Positions 36,169-45,785 of a stretch of DNA of 64,000 nucleotides are shown one piece after another (the first letter of the stretch is position 1; every line of letters starts with the position of its first letter). Location: contig CABMEU010000024.1 in NCBI GenBank assembly GCA_902385225.1, positions 5,606 through 69,605 on the forward strand, given 5' to 3'. A program made the position numbers and the translations under genes. This stretch comes from an uncultured archaeon. Its GTDB lineage: Archaea > Iainarchaeota > Iainarchaeia > Iainarchaeales > JAAZKV01. A model generated the notes under the pieces. It was not told the DNA's origin and did not search any database. It saw only the letters and a list, made by a program, of their open reading frames with translations.

Positions 36169-36972
36169 TTATAGTTTTATCTTCGTACTCGTTATTTCTT
36201 TTCCACTAAGCGCTTTTTCTAAATTTCCTTCTTTAAGCAAATTAAATATTTCTGCAGGCACCCCGTTTAATTGTTTTGCGAGTTTCTCAAGTTTTCCTTT
36301 CATTCCGCCGGTTACATCAACAGAATTTGAGTGAGACGCTTTTTCTAAAACTTCTTCAAGATTCTCTTTATTAATATTTAAAATTAGTTCCGCATTTTTG
36401 TCAACTTTTGGGTCCGCAGTGTAAATCCCATCTACATCTGTCCCCATCAAAACCTTTTTTGGCTTCAAGTGCTCTGCAAGCTGCGCAACAACAACATCCC
36501 CGCTCATCGGACTCCAAACAAGTTCATCATCTTTTACCATTATCCCGGCGGTGATTGGCACAAGGCCTTCATCAAGCGCTTTTCCATAAGGTAAAATAGA
36601 AAACCCCGTAACTTTTTTTCCTGATTGGATGCAAACTTCATATCCGGGAATATATTTTGTTTTTACTCCGGCCTTCTTGAGCGCTTTTGCGACTTCCTTT
36701 CCGACAAAATCACATGCTTCATTTGTAATCTTTACCCCTTCACGCTGTTTCTCTGTTTTTATTCCATTATTCAAATCGTATTTCACAACATTTGTGTGCC
36801 CAAACGGTCCGACACCGCAAACAAGTGCCACCTGTAACTCTTTTTGCTTTTCTAAAGCATCCGCCAGCTCATTAGCCGCCTGAGTAAGAACAGCTTTGTT
36901 CATTTCGAATTTGTTCTCCGATTTTTTTGTAATAGAAGAACCGCCGAATTTTATTACGATTAAGTTTTTCAC
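36169..36972 (-). CDS. isopentenyl phosphate kinase (amino-acid-kinase fold)
   Basis: VIKFGGSSITKK and CGVGPFGHT. Last gene of the mevalonate cluster. Confidence 0.85.
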   Translation of the reverse strand: MKNLIVIKFGGSSITKKSENKFEMNKAVLTQAANELADALEKQKELQVALVCGVGPFGHTNVVKYDLNNGIKTEKQREGVKITNEACDFVGKEVAKALKKAGVKTKYIPGYEVCIQSGKKVTGFSILPYGKALDEGLVPITAGIMVKDDELVWSPMSGDVVVAQLAEHLKPKKVLMGTDVDGIYTADPKVDKNAELILNINKENLEEVLEKASHSNSVDVTGGMKGKLEKLAKQLNGVPAEIFNLLKEGNLEKALSGKEITSTKIKL

Positions 36973-36993
36973 TTAAATTCACCAAGAAGAAAA

Positions 36994-37404
36994 CTATTGT
37001 ACTTCAACAATTCCTTTTTCAGCATCAACTTTTACTTTTTGCCCTGTTTTGATTTTTGAAATATCTATTTTATCAACGCACGGGATTTCAGCGATAATTG
37101 CTCCTACCGCAACAATTGTTTCGCATTCAGAATTAATTATTGCTTTAGGCGCTGTGCCCTCTTTTTTCATTCTATAAAGCGCATAGCTTCCTACAGTTGA
37201 GCCTTTTCCTTGCGGGAAAACCAAAATCTTTCCTGAAATACTCTGCCCTTCAAGCGGGTGACCTTTTTCAGTTACTGTTCCTTTATTGTCAACTCCGCCA
37301 AAGAAACTAATTCCTTGCGCTGACACAAGCGCTTCCCCTTCAGCTTTTCCGCTTTTAATTGTTCTTCCTTTCATTTCCATAACTACCAAATCCATTTCCC
37401 GCAA
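36994..37404 (-). CDS. phosphomevalonate dehydratase small subunit (AcnX swivel domain, DUF126-like)
   Basis: GKAEGEALVSAQGISFFGGVD pattern, about 130 aa, immediately after the AcnX large subunit. Confidence 0.78.
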   Translation of the reverse strand: MREMDLVVMEMKGRTIKSGKAEGEALVSAQGISFFGGVDNKGTVTEKGHPLEGQSISGKILVFPQGKGSTVGSYALYRMKKEGTAPKAIINSECETIVAVGAIIAEIPCVDKIDISKIKTGQKVKVDAEKGIVEVQ

Positions 37405-37416
37405 ATTAACTTCAAT

Positions 37417-38589
37417 TTACTTACATGCCTCTTCCACAAGTTTCTTTACAGGCATTATTTTTATCTTTGATTGATTTTTTGAGTATGCATAGTAGCATCC
37501 TTTCGCTGAATCGGTTGCGAGGCACTTGAACCTGCCTTTGATTGGCGCAACAACACAGCATGTATCCGCCGCGAATTTTGCTCCAGCGTCTTCAATTATT
37601 TTTGAGTATCCTACTTGGTCAGCGATTCTTTTTGTCGGGCGTGCGGTTGTTATCCAGAACTCTTTTTTCACTTTCTTTCCCTTTAATAGTTCAGCGAGTT
37701 TTGCGATTTCCGCAAGACTTGCGTGCGGGCATCCTACACTGATAAAATCAATTTCGCCGTCCATATTCATTTCTTTTATTGCCTTATCAATATCTTCTCT
37801 TGTAATTACAATTTCTTCTTTTGGGGTTTTTGTCTTTCCCGGAGTAATTCCTTTCATGTGGAATATTGCAGCTCCGCCGTATGTTGCTATGCTTGCGCTA
37901 AAAGATTTTAATTCATCAACAGTTGCTTCTTTTATTCCCACAATAAGTGTTGGTTTTGCTTTTACTTTTTCTCCGATTGCTTTTCCTAGAGCCCCAAATT
38001 CGTGTGTTCCGTCAAGTTTGCATTTAACTTTTACTTTTACTTTTGCTTCTCTTGCTTCATCAAGCTGCATTCCATAAAGAGGGGTTTTTCCTGTTAGGGC
38101 GCTAGCGAGTGCGCTTGGTCCGCCTTCTCTGTTTGTTCTTGCGCCAAGAACTGAATTAGCATATGCAACAGCTGAACTCTCGCTCCAAGCGATGTGTTCA
38201 TTAAAGTGCGGGTCATTTCCCACTAAATATGGTGTGCAAGTGCAAGTGGTTACTACCCCCATTTTGGCAAATGCTTCTATTACTTTTTTCTGCTTTACTG
38301 CAAAATCTTCAGGTATCCCTAGTGCTTTGTAGTTTTCAAGGTCCATTCCTGCCGGATTCAAAGTTGTAAGTACTCTTACTTTCCCGTCCTTTGCAAGTTC
38401 ATCAAGATAATCAAGCCCCGCGTCCCCTAGGTTATCATAACTAACCCCGGCGATTTGCACAGATGTTACATCAACGAGTTTCTCCGCGCCATAGATTTCC
38501 CCAAGCGCAATAAGTATCTCCATGCTCTTCTTCACGGCGTTACCATACTTACCTTCCGCCATTTTCTTTTCTTCGCTAGTCAGCTTCAT
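37417..38589 (-). CDS. phosphomevalonate dehydratase large subunit (AcnX-type, DUF521-like)
   Basis: MKLTSEEKKMAEGKYGNAVKKSMEILIALGEIYGAEKLVDVTSVQIAG is a typical DUF521 N-terminus. ATG 38589 is preceded by AGGTG. Confidence 0.82.
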   Translation of the reverse strand: MKLTSEEKKMAEGKYGNAVKKSMEILIALGEIYGAEKLVDVTSVQIAGVSYDNLGDAGLDYLDELAKDGKVRVLTTLNPAGMDLENYKALGIPEDFAVKQKKVIEAFAKMGVVTTCTCTPYLVGNDPHFNEHIAWSESSAVAYANSVLGARTNREGGPSALASALTGKTPLYGMQLDEAREAKVKVKVKCKLDGTHEFGALGKAIGEKVKAKPTLIVGIKEATVDELKSFSASIATYGGAAIFHMKGITPGKTKTPKEEIVITREDIDKAIKEMNMDGEIDFISVGCPHASLAEIAKLAELLKGKKVKKEFWITTARPTKRIADQVGYSKIIEDAGAKFAADTCCVVAPIKGRFKCLATDSAKGCYYAYSKNQSKIKIMPVKKLVEEACK

Positions 38590-38613
38590 AATAACACCTT
38601 GTAAACACAAGCT

Positions 38614-39417
38614 TTAATTCCTTACCATTCTGTTAACTCTCCTTGAGTCAAACTTCTTAGTAAAGTCAACTATTGGAACACCCATTCGTTTGGCTTCCTT
38701 TTTCTGCGCTGTTGTTGAATACCCTCTTCTGTAAAGCACCGCTTTTACGCCTGTTCCACGTGCCACTTTTACTTGTTCAATTGCATCTTCTACAAGCATT
38801 ATTCTGTTTAGCGGCTTTCCGCTTCTCTCTGAAATTATTTTCAGCATCTGCGCTTTATCTTTTGCATCCTCTGACGCCAAAACCCTGCTTGCAGGAATAT
38901 CAATTTTATATCTTTTCAACAATTCAAGTATTGACCCTCTTGTTTTTGTTGATGCAATATAAATATCGTTTCCTCTTCGCACTTTCTTGATGAATTCCGC
39001 TATTTTTGGAAAACTTCTATTCAACCTGTTCCATCGCGCGTTATCATTTTTTATCATTTCTTCTCTGTGGCGCTGGTAAATTTCATCAAATTGTTTTGCT
39101 TTTGTCGCATCCGCCCTAAATCCCGCGTTCATTTGCCCCTGGGTCAAATTATTAAAATTAATTCTCGGGTTTTCCTCTATCATTCGCATTACTGTGAAAA
39201 AATGGTCTCGTTTTGTTATTAGCGGGCGCGCCTGCATGAATTGTTTTTCAACTTGCGCAGAGGGTTTTGTTTTTCCGCCAACATCAGCCCATGCTTTCAT
39301 AGTCTGAACATAGCACTCGTACGCCGTGTCGCCTATTACTCCGTCAAAGTCAAACGCAACAACTCCTCTTCGTTCAGAGTTCATTGCGCGTTTTACACTT
39401 CTTGGTAGTTTTGCCAT
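38614..39417 (-). CDS. HAD-superfamily hydrolase embedded in the mevalonate cluster
   Basis: VAFDFDGVIGDT (DxDGV motif I), STKTR (motif II-like) and LVEDA (motif IV-like). GGTG SD. Confidence 0.72.
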   Translation of the reverse strand: MAKLPRSVKRAMNSERRGVVAFDFDGVIGDTAYECYVQTMKAWADVGGKTKPSAQVEKQFMQARPLITKRDHFFTVMRMIEENPRINFNNLTQGQMNAGFRADATKAKQFDEIYQRHREEMIKNDNARWNRLNRSFPKIAEFIKKVRRGNDIYIASTKTRGSILELLKRYKIDIPASRVLASEDAKDKAQMLKIISERSGKPLNRIMLVEDAIEQVKVARGTGVKAVLYRRGYSTTAQKKEAKRMGVPIVDFTKKFDSRRVNRMVRN

Positions 39418-39455
39418 TTTTTACACCAAAATACAAGCAACAATTGATGAATTAT

Positions 39456-40751
39456 TCACAAGTACTTTTTCACATCGTACTTAGGGAATTGTGTTCTTGT
39501 CATTTTTTCTTTTCTGTCCATTCTTCCGGTTAAATCAAATCCCGCTTTGCATGTTTCTCTGTATGCTTTTCCTTCTACCGCTTCTGAGCTTGGGTCAAGG
39601 GATGAGCCTTTTTGTTTTGGGAACAAGTACAAGTTTTTGTCTCCTTGGAATCTTGTCGCCATGCTCCATTCAACTTCGAGCGGGTCGTAAATATTTATGT
39701 CCTTATCAACCACAAAGAAGTGTTTTCCGCTTGTGTGGCCTTTCATTGCGGCTTCAATTGCTTTCTTTCCGTCCTCTTCACTCTTCTTGTTAATTTTTAC
39801 AATTACGTGGAACCATGAGCTTCCGCCCGCGTTAACGCTCACATCAATTACATCTATTCCGGCTTTTTTTACTTCATCAAATACAGTTGGTTCTCTTGGC
39901 ATTCCCATCATGATTTTGTGCTCAAATCCGCCAGGCAAAAGTGCATGCCATATCGGGTTTGGTCTTGCATAAATTTTTTCCACTGTGAATACTGGTTCCT
40001 CTCTAATAATATCTGAAGTCCCTGTCAAGTCAACGAAAGGTCCTTCTTTGTGTCTTTCATTTAGCGAGAGTGTTCCTTCCATTATGAATTCTGAATCGGC
40101 TGGAAGCTCTGCGTCAAATGTTTTTGCTTTTACTACTTCAATTGGCTGAATTGAATTTGCGATTTCAAGTTCATTTACTCCTAAGGGAGGCGCCATTGCT
40201 GCCGCGAGCTGTGTTTCTCCTCCGCATCCGATGCAGTAAGCCGCTTTCATTGTCCCATTATTTTTCTTTAGTAATTCCATTGTGTTTCTTTCAAGTATTC
40301 TAAACGCCATTTTGTTTTTTGCGAATACCATTCCTCTGTGGTAGCAAACATTTTGTCCAACCGCAGGGTCTTTTACTATTACTAGCCCGCTTGCAACATA
40401 CGGTCCGCCGTCTTTTTCGGTGTGAATAAGTACTGGTAATTTATTCAAATCAACTTCTAGTTCAACGTGATCTGTTTTTGTTACAACTTTTGGTTTAGTT
40501 GGTTTATTTAGCGCTGCAATCATTTTTGGCACTAAATCTTTTACTTCGCACTTAAGGTATTTTGCAACCTTTTCTTTTGATGCGAATACATTCGCCGCAA
40601 CTTTGTATTGTGATTCCTTCATTTTCTCAAACATTATGCTTTTTTCGCCCGCAGAATAAATTATTCCGCTCGCCTCAAGATTAACCGAAACAGGTTTTTT
40701 TATTACATAATCTGTTGTTTTTACGAATTCTCGAAAACTCATTGAAACCAC
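39456..40751 (-). CDS. UbiD-family decarboxylase, candidate anhydromevalonate phosphate decarboxylase
   Basis: 431-aa UbiD-like protein, adjacent to ubiX and the AcnX genes as in the archaeal mevalonate pathway. Confidence 0.78.
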   Translation of the reverse strand: MVSMSFREFVKTTDYVIKKPVSVNLEASGIIYSAGEKSIMFEKMKESQYKVAANVFASKEKVAKYLKCEVKDLVPKMIAALNKPTKPKVVTKTDHVELEVDLNKLPVLIHTEKDGGPYVASGLVIVKDPAVGQNVCYHRGMVFAKNKMAFRILERNTMELLKKNNGTMKAAYCIGCGGETQLAAAMAPPLGVNELEIANSIQPIEVVKAKTFDAELPADSEFIMEGTLSLNERHKEGPFVDLTGTSDIIREEPVFTVEKIYARPNPIWHALLPGGFEHKIMMGMPREPTVFDEVKKAGIDVIDVSVNAGGSSWFHVIVKINKKSEEDGKKAIEAAMKGHTSGKHFFVVDKDINIYDPLEVEWSMATRFQGDKNLYLFPKQKGSSLDPSSEAVEGKAYRETCKAGFDLTGRMDRKEKMTRTQFPKYDVKKYL

Positions 40752-40776
40752 CTTTAATCATCAAATAACTACGGGC

Positions 40777-41334
40777 TTACTTTCGCCCCCACCTGTCATA
40801 ATTCTTATTTGAAATTCCTAATAAATCCATCGCCTTGCCTGCTATAAAGTCCTCCAAATCGGCTATCTTCTTCGGTTTGCTGTAAAAGCCGGGGCTTAGG
40901 GGGAATATTATTGCTCCATAGATTGAGAGTTTCCAAAGGTTCTCAAGCGCTGGTCCGCTTAGGGGTGTTTCTCTAAACCCAACCACCAGCGGTTTTCGTG
41001 TTTTTAGCATATTATCAGCGCATCTTGTAATGAGAGAGGATGTATGAGCATGAAGTATCTCGGAGCAAGTCTTAATTGAGGCTGGGAGTATTATCATCCC
41101 GTCAACCAAAAATGAGCTTGAAGAAATGCTTGCGGCCAAATCTTTGTTTGAATAACTCTTTGTGGCGAGTTTTTTTAGCGCGGATATTTTTTTGCCAGTT
41201 TCAAGCTTCAATACTTCCTCCGCCCATTCGCTTACAACCAAATGCACCTCAACTTTCTGCGCTTTCAAAGCCTTAAGCAGAGCTAGAGCATAATTTGCGC
41301 CGGAAGCGCCTGTTACTGCAACAATTATTCTCAT
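40777..41334 (-). CDS. ubiX: flavin prenyltransferase UbiX
   Basis: MRIIVAVTGASGANYALALLKAL and the PAS..T pattern. Start trimmed to ATG 41334. Confidence 0.88.
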   Translation of the reverse strand: MRIIVAVTGASGANYALALLKALKAQKVEVHLVVSEWAEEVLKLETGKKISALKKLATKSYSNKDLAASISSSSFLVDGMIILPASIKTCSEILHAHTSSLITRCADNMLKTRKPLVVGFRETPLSGPALENLWKLSIYGAIIFPLSPGFYSKPKKIADLEDFIAGKAMDLLGISNKNYDRWGRK

Positions 41335-41380
41335 AAAAACCAACCACAAATTATTTGTCTGCAAAAAAACAGACCTGATT

Positions 41381-42310
41381 TTATCCGATTACCGTGCGTG
41401 ATGCTTTGTATCCTTTTGCTTCAATCGCTTTTGCAACTTTTTCCTGCAGTTCTTTTCCGGGAGTTAGCGCAATTACGAGTCCTCCTCGTCCGGTTCCGGT
41501 TAGTTTTGCCCCGTATGCTCCCGCACTTCTAGCGGTGTCAACGATTTCATCAAGTTCCTTGCATGAAACGGTAATTTGTTGAAGCAACGAGTGATTTTTG
41601 TTCATTAGTTCGCCGACTTTTTTCAAATCATATCTCTTTAGCGCACTCTGCGCTTCTTTTACAAGTTTAGTGTATTCCTCAAACACTTTCCCAATTCGTG
41701 CTGGCTCTGATTCTTTTAATTTTTTCACATCCCCAACAACTTCTTTTGTAAGTGCGGTAAGCCCTGAGTTTCCAAGCACAATTTCAATTGGTTTTTTTAC
41801 TTTTATTAAATCCATTTTGTTTGCTCCGCCCGCCAAATTCTTTTGGAATACTAAAAACCCGCCGTAAACAGCAACTGTATTGTCTATTCCGCTTGGTGTT
41901 CCGCTCCCCGCTGTCTCTCCCTCAAATGCGGCTTTGTTTATTTGTTCATCATTCCAATTCATTTTGTATTCTTCGCTTATTGCCCGCGCTAGTGATGCCG
42001 CAGTTGCCGCGCTTGCTCCGATTCCTGACGCGGGAACTAAATCTCCGCCGAGAGTGATTTCAAGTTTTTCTGGAACCTGCAGATATTCAAGTATTCGTGA
42101 AATGAGCGCAGAGTACTCAAATTTTTTTTCTTCTTTGTATCCTGGTGTCGCAGGGCGATTATCAATTAAATTATAACCATTCTCGCCGTCAATTGGTTTT
42201 ACTTCGCAAGTGGTGGTTACTCCTAGCGCTGCCGGGATTCCTTCAAGCCCATAAACAACGAAGTGCTCGCCGAACAGAATTGTTTTTCCGTATCCTTTTC
42301 CTTTTCCCAT
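41381..42310 (-). CDS. mvk: mevalonate kinase (GHMP family)
   Basis: KTILFGEHFVVYG, PASGIGASAA and KLTGTGRGG motifs. Confidence 0.9.
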   Translation of the reverse strand: MGKGKGYGKTILFGEHFVVYGLEGIPAALGVTTTCEVKPIDGENGYNLIDNRPATPGYKEEKKFEYSALISRILEYLQVPEKLEITLGGDLVPASGIGASAATAASLARAISEEYKMNWNDEQINKAAFEGETAGSGTPSGIDNTVAVYGGFLVFQKNLAGGANKMDLIKVKKPIEIVLGNSGLTALTKEVVGDVKKLKESEPARIGKVFEEYTKLVKEAQSALKRYDLKKVGELMNKNHSLLQQITVSCKELDEIVDTARSAGAYGAKLTGTGRGGLVIALTPGKELQEKVAKAIEAKGYKASRTVIG

Positions 42311-42322
42311 TTTAAACCACCT

Positions 42323-43144
42323 TTAACCAAACTCACGAATATATGTGCGCTCCGGAGGATCTACAAGTCTTTTTATCCTTTCATCAAGATTATCTCGTAG
42401 TGTCTCCCAAAATAAATTTAATCTCGCATCTTTTTCTTTTAACCCTAAAAAACTCCTTATGGGGCTCCAAACTGTTGCAGCATCAGTGTATACAAGTTTT
42501 ACCCCAATAGCTGCATAAACTGTAGGATCAGATCCATAGTCTACTCGCTGTATATTCTCTAAATCGTGAATAACTACCCCCAACTTGCCATCTTTCTTCT
42601 TATAAAAACCAAAGACCTCCATTCCACCTATTTCAAATCCTGCATTTGCGATTTTTGCAGTACAGCGCGCTAATTCTTTTATGAAATAAGCATCTTTTTT
42701 AATTGACATTCGTGAAAGCCTATTAGGATATCCATGCGGCAAAATCCCGAAAAAGGGCCTATTTAATGGTTGAATCTTTGAATGGTTGCCCTTTTTAAAA
42801 AATGCTTCTGTTGCAATATAATATTTAGTCGAAAACGCCCCCTCTTTAGACACTAACCCTTGATGAGGCACAGGCAAACCTAACTTCCTTAGTTCATGTG
42901 CAATTGATATTGATTCTTTTGCATCTCGCACCCCATGCTTGTTAATGGGTCTTAAAAAAACTGTTCTTGGTTTAACCCCAGTTTCTTTTTTCCAATAAAC
43001 TTTTCCAACTCTATAATGCGTAAATTTTTTTGTGAGGCCTTCTGGCGAGTAAATCGAAAAAGACCGTGTTATTCCAGGAAATATGCGTCTCCCAACTTTT
43101 ACATGCGAAACATCTGTTTCAGTGAGAACTCTTTTTTGCTTCAT
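42323..43144 (-). CDS. hypothetical 273-aa protein between DUF35 and mvk, with weak RIO/Kdo-kinase-like features
   Basis: The AHELRKLGLPVP...YYIATEAFF and GKLGVVIHDLENI segments recall a small-kinase fold, but the HxD catalytic loop is not evident. The N-terminus is basic. Confidence 0.55.
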   Translation of the reverse strand: MKQKRVLTETDVSHVKVGRRIFPGITRSFSIYSPEGLTKKFTHYRVGKVYWKKETGVKPRTVFLRPINKHGVRDAKESISIAHELRKLGLPVPHQGLVSKEGAFSTKYYIATEAFFKKGNHSKIQPLNRPFFGILPHGYPNRLSRMSIKKDAYFIKELARCTAKIANAGFEIGGMEVFGFYKKKDGKLGVVIHDLENIQRVDYGSDPTVYAAIGVKLVYTDAATVWSPIRSFLGLKEKDARLNLFWETLRDNLDERIKRLVDPPERTYIREFG

Positions 43145-43154
43145 AAGCTACACA

Positions 43155-43562
43155 TCAAAACTTCGGCACAAACTTTGTCCCGTAGTGGATTACGCCTTTC
43201 TCTCCGCTTGAATAGAATTTTCTAAATACTGCTTCTACTTCTGTTCCGATTTTGAGGTCCTCGTATTTGCAGTCCATTACCTGTGCTTCTATTCTTGCGC
43301 CTTCAACAAGATCAATTACTGCAACACAATAAGGCGTTTTGTTTTCAAACGCTTCGGGTCCGCCGTGGATTTGGGTGAAAGCCGCGATTTTCCCGCGCCC
43401 CGAAAAATCTATTTCCGTAAAATCAAGGTTTCCGCAAGGACACATTCCTTTGTACTCAAAGTATGTTGCGCTACACTTTGTGCATTTGTATCCGCGGAGT
43501 TTGTAGCGGTCGGAGTAGTTTCTCCATCGAATTATCGGGCTTTCACGAAACATTTTCATCAC
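43155..43562 (-). CDS. DUF35 OB-fold/zinc-ribbon protein (thiolase-HMGS complex scaffold)
   Basis: CTKCSATYFEYKGMCPCG zinc ribbon plus a C-terminal OB-fold. Next to the thiolase. Confidence 0.85.
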   Translation of the reverse strand: MMKMFRESPIIRWRNYSDRYKLRGYKCTKCSATYFEYKGMCPCGNLDFTEIDFSGRGKIAAFTQIHGGPEAFENKTPYCVAVIDLVEGARIEAQVMDCKYEDLKIGTEVEAVFRKFYSSGEKGVIHYGTKFVPKF

Positions 43563-43585
43563 TCACAATTCTTTATTAAAAAAAT

Positions 43586-43789
43586 TCACCACTTTTTTTT
43601 GAACTGGCTTCTTTTTACAAGAGGCTCATTCATTGCCTGGTCTTCTCTCCATTTCTTTGCGGCAAGGTATCTGCTCCCCGCTTCGTCCTCGACGGGAATT
43701 GGTGCTTCTTCAGCCGGTCTTTTTAGTTGTCCTAATCTAACTGGCTCCTCCTGTTTCTTTGATTTGAAGATTTTATCCATTATTCCCAT
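43586..43789 (-). CDS. hypothetical 67-aa charged protein between thiolase and DUF35
   Basis: ORF preceded by GGGTGA SD. Sequence MGIMDKIFKSKKQEEPVRLGQLKRPAEEAP... looks disordered. Confidence 0.4.
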   Translation of the reverse strand: MGIMDKIFKSKKQEEPVRLGQLKRPAEEAPIPVEDEAGSRYLAAKKWREDQAMNEPLVKRSQFKKKW

Positions 43790-43851
43790 GTTTTCACCCT
43801 TTTTAGTTTCCTAAATATAATTTTTTCACGACTGCCTTATTCACCATATCA

Positions 43852-45006
43852 TCATTTCATTTTTTTAAATACGTGTACGCATGCTGTTCCGCCTGAACCG
43901 CCTACGTTGTATGTTACTCCTGTAGTCGCTCCTTTTACTTGTCTTTTTCCGCCTTCTCCGCGCAATTGCATTGTGGCTTCTATTGCCTGTTTTATTCCTG
44001 TTGCGGCAACTGGGTGCCCGCATGCTTTTAATCCGCCTGAGGTATTTACCGGCTTTTTGCCGTCAAAGTATGTTTGTTTTGAAGTATAAAGCTGTGCCGC
44101 TTCTCCTTGCTTTGCAAGTCCCAAGGCTTCCACAGCATATATTTCAGCTATTGAGAAGCAATCATGCACTTCGGCGAATGAAACATCTTTTGCTGTGATT
44201 CCCGCTTGTTTGTATGCGCTCTGCGCCGCATTAATTCCCGCGTCGAGTCGCAGTAAAGATTTTCTTCGCGCAAGCGAGAGTGTGTCTGTTGCAAGCCCCG
44301 AACCTGTAATATAAACTTCCGCGCCCATTTTCTTCGCGGTTTTCTCTGAAGCCAAAATTATTGATGCCGCTCCGTCTGTGATTGGAGAGCAGTCAAAGAG
44401 TGTCAATGGGTCGGCAACCATTGTGGAGTTTAATACCGTATCAACTGTGATTTCGCTTTGGTATTGAGCGTATGGATTGCGCGCGCCGTGGAAGTGATTC
44501 TTTACTGATACCTCTGCGAGTACTTCTCTCTTTAATCCGTATTCTTTCATGTAAGCGCTTGCAAGTAATGCATAGAGCCCTGGAAAAGTTAATCCGTTGA
44601 ATCCTTCAAGCTCTTCATCTCCCGCGCCCATTAGTGCTGTTGTTACTTGTTCGGTTGAAATGTCAGTCATTTTTTCCACGCCCGAGGCCATTACTATATC
44701 TGCGCTTCCGCTTTCAATCGCGGCTATTCCCTGTCTTAATGCCAACGAGCCTGATGCGCATGCTCCTTCTACTCTTACTGAAGGTTTGTTCAAATTCAAG
44801 TTCTCCGCTGCCATTGCGCCGATATGAAGCTGTCCTGATGCAAGCCCCGCTATCATGTTTCCTGTGAAGAGCGAATCTATTTGCTTTGCGTCAATTTTTG
44901 CGTCGTTTAGCGCGCGCAGCTGTGCGTCAAGCAGTAGCTCTCGCAGTCCTTGCTCCCATATTTCACCGAATTTGGTGATTCCGATTCCAATTACTCCAAC
45001 CTTCAT
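43852..45006 (-). CDS. acetoacetyl-CoA thiolase (archaeal type)
   Basis: MKVGVIGIGITKFG, EGACASGS (catalytic Cys) and GHPVAATG. Confidence 0.9.
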   Translation of the reverse strand: MKVGVIGIGITKFGEIWEQGLRELLLDAQLRALNDAKIDAKQIDSLFTGNMIAGLASGQLHIGAMAAENLNLNKPSVRVEGACASGSLALRQGIAAIESGSADIVMASGVEKMTDISTEQVTTALMGAGDEELEGFNGLTFPGLYALLASAYMKEYGLKREVLAEVSVKNHFHGARNPYAQYQSEITVDTVLNSTMVADPLTLFDCSPITDGAASIILASEKTAKKMGAEVYITGSGLATDTLSLARRKSLLRLDAGINAAQSAYKQAGITAKDVSFAEVHDCFSIAEIYAVEALGLAKQGEAAQLYTSKQTYFDGKKPVNTSGGLKACGHPVAATGIKQAIEATMQLRGEGGKRQVKGATTGVTYNVGGSGGTACVHVFKKMK

Positions 45007-45030
45007 AATATCAACTCTTTTCATTCTCAT

Positions 45031-45777
45031 TTATCTTTTTTTCAATTCCAGCCAATACTGTATCTGCTTAATCATCTTCGCATTATCTTCTGGGTTTGCA
45101 AGATGAGGAACCATTATCTCTATAATTGAACCATCCTTCATAACCAATCGAATTTTCTTCCCGCCTGCTGCATCAATCAATTCCTTTTTCAAAACTTGTT
45201 CAAATTCAATTTTTTGTTCCGCTCCTGTTGCTTGATTATAAATCTTAAATTCCGCGCCATATCTTACAAATGAAACCGAGTGGCCAGCCATTTCACCTTC
45301 AATATACTCCGGTCCAGCTGTTGCCAGCAAGTCGCTGATTTTCATCCTGTGTCTTCCAAATCCCAATACTTGTTTTCTATTTGTGAGAATCAATTCTCCT
45401 TTCGCATTAACATAAACAAATTTTTTTCCGGTTGATTCCACTTGTCTCTTAAACTCAGGAAATCTTTGCAGTTCAGCGGCAAATGCGTGCCCTATTCCTT
45501 TTGTCGCCCCTCGTGTTGCATCCCTGCCTATTCTAATTTTTTTACCACCAAACTTAATTTCAACTCCTTTCCAATCTTTTAAGATCCTCATTCCTGTTGC
45601 GCCCACTGCAAAATCGGAAATTGTTCTTGAATTTACACTTCCTTTTAATTCCCTAAACCTGTGCTTGTTTGCCTCGTGCGGTGCTTTCCACATTAACCCT
45701 CTCATTTTTGCTAGGTGCCCTGCAAGTTTGGGTGTGACAAATTTGTCAGTTGGGTGTATAACTTTCACTCGGCCCAT
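45031..45777 (-). CDS. hypothetical 248-aa protein inserted between HMG-CoA synthase and thiolase
   Basis: Intact ORF. ATG 45777 is preceded by AGTGAT, which overlaps the HMGS stop. The stop abuts the thiolase ORF. No recognised domain. Confidence 0.58.
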   Translation of the reverse strand: MGRVKVIHPTDKFVTPKLAGHLAKMRGLMWKAPHEANKHRFRELKGSVNSRTISDFAVGATGMRILKDWKGVEIKFGGKKIRIGRDATRGATKGIGHAFAAELQRFPEFKRQVESTGKKFVYVNAKGELILTNRKQVLGFGRHRMKISDLLATAGPEYIEGEMAGHSVSFVRYGAEFKIYNQATGAEQKIEFEQVLKKELIDAAGGKKIRLVMKDGSIIEIMVPHLANPEDNAKMIKQIQYWLELKKR

Positions 45778-45785
45778 AAGTATCA

